From: Hamiltosporidium tvaerminnensis FI-OER-3-3 | Taxonomy: Eukaryota; Fungi; Microsporidia | Reading direction: 5' to 3' | Length of the DNA: 64,000 nucleotides | Assembly (NCBI GenBank): GCA_022605425.2 | Contig: JAKIMF020000005.1 | Location: forward strand, 992,001 to 1,056,000 | The notes under the pieces: model-generated | What the model was told of the DNA's origin: nothing | Database searches by the model: none | The model's input: the letters and a program-made list of their open reading frames with translations, nothing else | Shown: piece after piece, positions 60,001 through 64,000 of the stretch | Position numbering within the stretch: the stretch's first letter is position 1 | How the letters are laid out: every line of letters begins with the position of its first letter | Program-made: the position numbers and the translations under genes

Positions 60001-60740
60001 ATAGAAAAAATATAGAGAATAATAAAAACACTTATATCCAGAAAGAAATTAAATAAAATAGGTACTACATTATTACCGAGACTTGTATATATGCGGATTT
60101 TTCTAATTAAAACACTTTATTCTTATATTACTTGAAGTATGACTTTTTCTGAAATGATCTATTCCTTTGTCTTTGCTCGACTGATCATATAGCGCTCATT
60201 CATATCACATCTTGTTCTAGCTTAGATAAAAATATATTCCTTCAAATTTAGAGCCTAATTTGCCCAGAACACACCCATGATAATATTTCTTGCCTTTCAA
60301 TCTTCTTTTGGTTTTATGATATAATACATTGAAAATCAAAGTTTATTCTGTAGCGTTAAAAATCTCATTTGGCATATAAGATTAGGAAAGTTAACAAGTA
60401 GAATAATGCCTAATTTGATTTAATATATTCGAATTTGAGCATATTACAATTGATTTAATTAAGAGTTTTATTTAATTTAAATATATTCAATATCGCTATA
60501 TTTAATAGTTATTTCATTAGAATTACATTTTTTGAATTCTATATTTAAAATATATTATTTAAGTGTATATATAATAAAATTTAGTGTTCAATAAACCAGC
60601 AATATTAATTATTGTGTATAAACGTAGAATCATTTTTCCTTGAAAACAAATTATATTAAAAATACTTTGATCAGAATTCATCAAAAATAGAATATATAAC
60701 AATCTAATTAATTTATATAATTACAGTCAAAGAAACATCC

Positions 60741-63101
60741 ATGAACGTCTGTGCTATTTTCAAAAGAAGGAAACCTTCAAGCCAAATCCCGTACATTTAC
60801 AATATCATAATTACTCTATGTATATTCTTAAAATTCATTAGCGCAAATGAATTTGTTTATTGGTTCGAACGAATAACAAATTCTGAGATAAAATTTTACC
60901 GTGAAGCACAGCAGCCTAATATAAATTTAGAAGGATCTGATGTAATATACAGACTTGTGATTTCCTATAGTTTGGATCAAAGACCAATGAAAATTTCAGA
61001 TCATGTATTCACATACAAAAATACAAATTTTATAAGTTTTGAAGTCTTGAAAAGTCTCTTTGATTCAAATAAATCAAAAAATCAATGTGGAAAAATCGAA
61101 TGTAATTTTGAATTGGAATACATTCTAAGAATGACTAAGGATATTTCGGCTTTACCCGATACAGTAAATTATAATCACTTCGAAAGTCTTTTAATAGTAT
61201 TAAAATATCTTAAAGCAGTAGCGGATAAAAATTTGTGTCAGCTTTTACAAAGATTCTTTATGAAAATATGCAACAGTGAAAATTTTGTTGATTCAACAAA
61301 GGCAGATGTACGTATCGAAGAAGTATTTTGTAAGAATATTTTTTTTCAAAGTGAATTGTCTGTGAAAAAAACTATGATTTCTGCTTATTTAAACATCTTG
61401 ATGTTGAAACATGTTTTCTGTGATGAAAATCTAATTATTTTAAGTAATAAAAATGAAATTTTCGATACTTCGCTTTTCAATAAACATATTCCTTATAAAA
61501 ATCTATTGATAAATGATTATAAAGCATTCTGTATTCTAGAGTATCACTTTAAAAGTCCGAAAATTTTAGATATTTTGAAAATTCTGTTGAATGAAATCAA
61601 TATAAAATCTTTGATATTCTATAATTTCCTAAATTATAGAACGACCGATATAAATTTTGGTTTTCTGAAGTATTTAACTGATATATTTAAATCTTTAATA
61701 GTTTTTAAACCACTAGGAGTGTCACAAATTATTTATTTTGAACTTAATAAAGTTTTCGATTTGAATCTAGAATTCTTTACTCTAAGAAAACTTTTTGTTG
61801 ATCGAGATACTCTTATTTTTTTCTCCAATAAACAAACGATCAAAGGTTTGATTTTGGACAACATTACCTTAGATGTAGATATTGATTATTTTCAAAAAAT
61901 TTTTTGTTTAAGTGAAAAATTAGAATATATTGAATTTAAAAATATAGAAATGCCTTTTATATGGTGGATAGAATTCCTTCAAAAATCGAATATTCGTAAA
62001 ATAATACTTTCTTTCAATTCACGCTTTGTAACAACGAATTTTATTTATGAGTGGTGTAAAATAGAATTTCATCCGAATGTTTTATATTTAGAAATCGCAT
62101 TTTGTTATTTTGAAATTTGCAGTGAATTTTGGGATTCATTATGGTATTTTAAATACCTACAGACTTTAAAACTTTTTGACTATGAATCAAATAAAAAAAC
62201 CGAACTATGTGTATTCAGAGCAATCAAAAACATGAAAGATTTAGAAAATTTATCGATTAACAATGATTTTTTAAGCAATGATTTTTTTATTTTTTTGTTC
62301 AAGAAACAAGGAATCAAAATATTACATTTGAATAATTCTTATTTCAAAAGACAAACTTTAAATCTTGAAATAACTAATAATTATAAATCTCTGAACGAAA
62401 TAATTTTAAAAAATATATATGTCAGTAAAAATACTCTGAAAGAAATATTTAAATTAGAAAGCTTAAGTAAATTATCTTTTCAATTCTGCGATTTGAAATC
62501 AAAAAAATCCACAGAATATCTTGTGTTTATGTCAAAGAATATTAAAAAACTATATTTAATGGGCTCAGTTGTAAAAGTTTTTGAAGATTTGGATATTTTT
62601 GCTGGTTTAGAATATTTAGAAAAATTACAGATTCTTGGTCGTAAAATATATTCATGTAGTCTTTCAAATATAAACTTACTTTGTAATTCAACATTGAAAA
62701 GTATTTCTTATAGAAGCGGTATTTTAAATTTAAATAATTTGAATAGACTAAAATTACTTAAAGTTTTAGAAGAACTTGATATTTGTGAATGTGAGTTCAG
62801 TGAATGTTGTTTCTATCAATTGGGCAAGGATTGTATGTTTTTAAATTCTTTAAAATACTTGAATTTAAGTTTCGTAAGGATTAACTTGATTGATTTTGCA
62901 TATTTGAATAATTTTAAAAATCTAATTTTTATAGAACTCTCCTATTCTGGTGTTCCTCTAATTCAATTAAAATTTACACGTATTTCTTCGCAAAAATGCC
63001 ATTTTTTCACAAAAGAAACTTATGATGAAAAAAATGCTAGAAACCTTTCGAAAAGATTTATGGAAGATGGAATCGAAGGAATATATTTGAAATTGGTATA
63101 A
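60741..63101 (+). CDS. Secreted LRR-like family protein
   Basis: 786-aa ORF (context ATCCATG) with hydrophobic YIYNIIITLCIFLKFISA. The N-domain is nearly identical to that of 52627-54969, followed by an LRR tail. Confidence 0.9.
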   Translation: MNVCAIFKRRKPSSQIPYIYNIIITLCIFLKFISANEFVYWFERITNSEIKFYREAQQPNINLEGSDVIYRLVISYSLDQRPMKISDHVFTYKNTNFISFEVLKSLFDSNKSKNQCGKIECNFELEYILRMTKDISALPDTVNYNHFESLLIVLKYLKAVADKNLCQLLQRFFMKICNSENFVDSTKADVRIEEVFCKNIFFQSELSVKKTMISAYLNILMLKHVFCDENLIILSNKNEIFDTSLFNKHIPYKNLLINDYKAFCILEYHFKSPKILDILKILLNEINIKSLIFYNFLNYRTTDINFGFLKYLTDIFKSLIVFKPLGVSQIIYFELNKVFDLNLEFFTLRKLFVDRDTLIFFSNKQTIKGLILDNITLDVDIDYFQKIFCLSEKLEYIEFKNIEMPFIWWIEFLQKSNIRKIILSFNSRFVTTNFIYEWCKIEFHPNVLYLEIAFCYFEICSEFWDSLWYFKYLQTLKLFDYESNKKTELCVFRAIKNMKDLENLSINNDFLSNDFFIFLFKKQGIKILHLNNSYFKRQTLNLEITNNYKSLNEIILKNIYVSKNTLKEIFKLESLSKLSFQFCDLKSKKSTEYLVFMSKNIKKLYLMGSVVKVFEDLDIFAGLEYLEKLQILGRKIYSCSLSNINLLCNSTLKSISYRSGILNLNNLNRLKLLKVLEELDICECEFSECCFYQLGKDCMFLNSLKYLNLSFVRINLIDFAYLNNFKNLIFIELSYSGVPLIQLKFTRISSQKCHFFTKETYDEKNARNLSKRFMEDGIEGIYLKLV

Positions 63102-64000
63102 AGTTATTTTTTTTATTTTTTCAACTGTTCGGTTTAAAAATCAATAAATTCTATTTAATTTTCTATTTTTGAGGATGAATTTGTTAAATATTTAGTTTTA
63201 AACAAATTAATAGAAAATTACTATGTTTCGATTAAATCTTTAGCATATATGCATATACTTTCCTCGTTTCTTTCCATTAGACTTATAAATTTCTTGATTT
63301 TATATGTATTTAATCACTGCCGCTTCGGTATTTTTACTGGAATCGTATGTTTTTGGTCATACCAGCTACAGTACTTAATAAAAATAACAGTTTTACATAT
63401 TTTTGAACGATTTCATTCCAATGGTAAATATTATATATAATTTATATTTCTAGATAAACCAAGCATATACTCTTAACTTCGTTTTATAAAATTGAATGTA
63501 ATTCATTTTATCATAAGGTAATATTATAAATTTAGACGAAAAAACCCGGGCATGTTTACACTGCAAATAGTTCACTGCATCATTTAATTTTTTAAGTATA
63601 TCATATGCATTGCAGAATATTAGATTATTTCTGGATACAATAATATATCAACTTTTCACATTCATAAAAAATTTTTGGTTATAAGCTATATTTAAATATA
63701 GTGGCACTTTTTGTCAACATTCATGTCAAAATGTTTCTTTTTGCAAAATTTTTGTCATTGCACTTTATTACAAGTTAAACCTTTAATTAAGAGATTTTAC
63801 TTGATTTAATTTTTTTAAATCTTCTCAATATTTATTTAAACATAATTTACTTTTAAAAACTATAAACTTAGTATCTTAACTCTTTTTTCTACAATTAAAG
63901 TTTCGATTGTCTTGCTATATTTTAAAGGTTATTTATCTCATTTTCGAAAGTAGAATATCATATGATTTTTTCCCATATTTAGACACTGAAAAAAAACCTA

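Overview
Very AT-rich, gene-sparse eukaryotic DNA, most consistent with a large-genome microsporidian such as Hamiltosporidium. This is inferred from the compact housekeeping genes, a 22-nt GTAAGT...TTAATTTAAG intron, CCC/GGG motifs before ATGs and R4-type retroelement relics. Housekeeping genes are TRM7, BUD23 (with a micro-intron and first exon missed by the ORF track), an ankyrin-PH-FFAT oxysterol-binding protein, a degenerate RhoGAP-like protein, and a KIX-domain (Med15/Gal11-like) Asn/Pro/Tyr-rich gene that runs off the left edge and is absent from the ORF track. The dominant accessory feature is a family of five ~770-790 aa proteins with an N-terminal hydrophobic signal, a conserved N-domain (possibly BTB/Skp1-like) and a degenerate LRR tail. 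Four paralogues show patchwork similarity suggestive of segmental gene conversion. Intergenic DNA holds five or six decayed R4/Dong-like non-LTR retrotransposons, a 240-bp RTE-type SINE-like insertion with a TSD, two inverted copies of a ~680-bp structured LTR-like repeat, and a disabled gene. All comparisons were made by eye; no searches were run.
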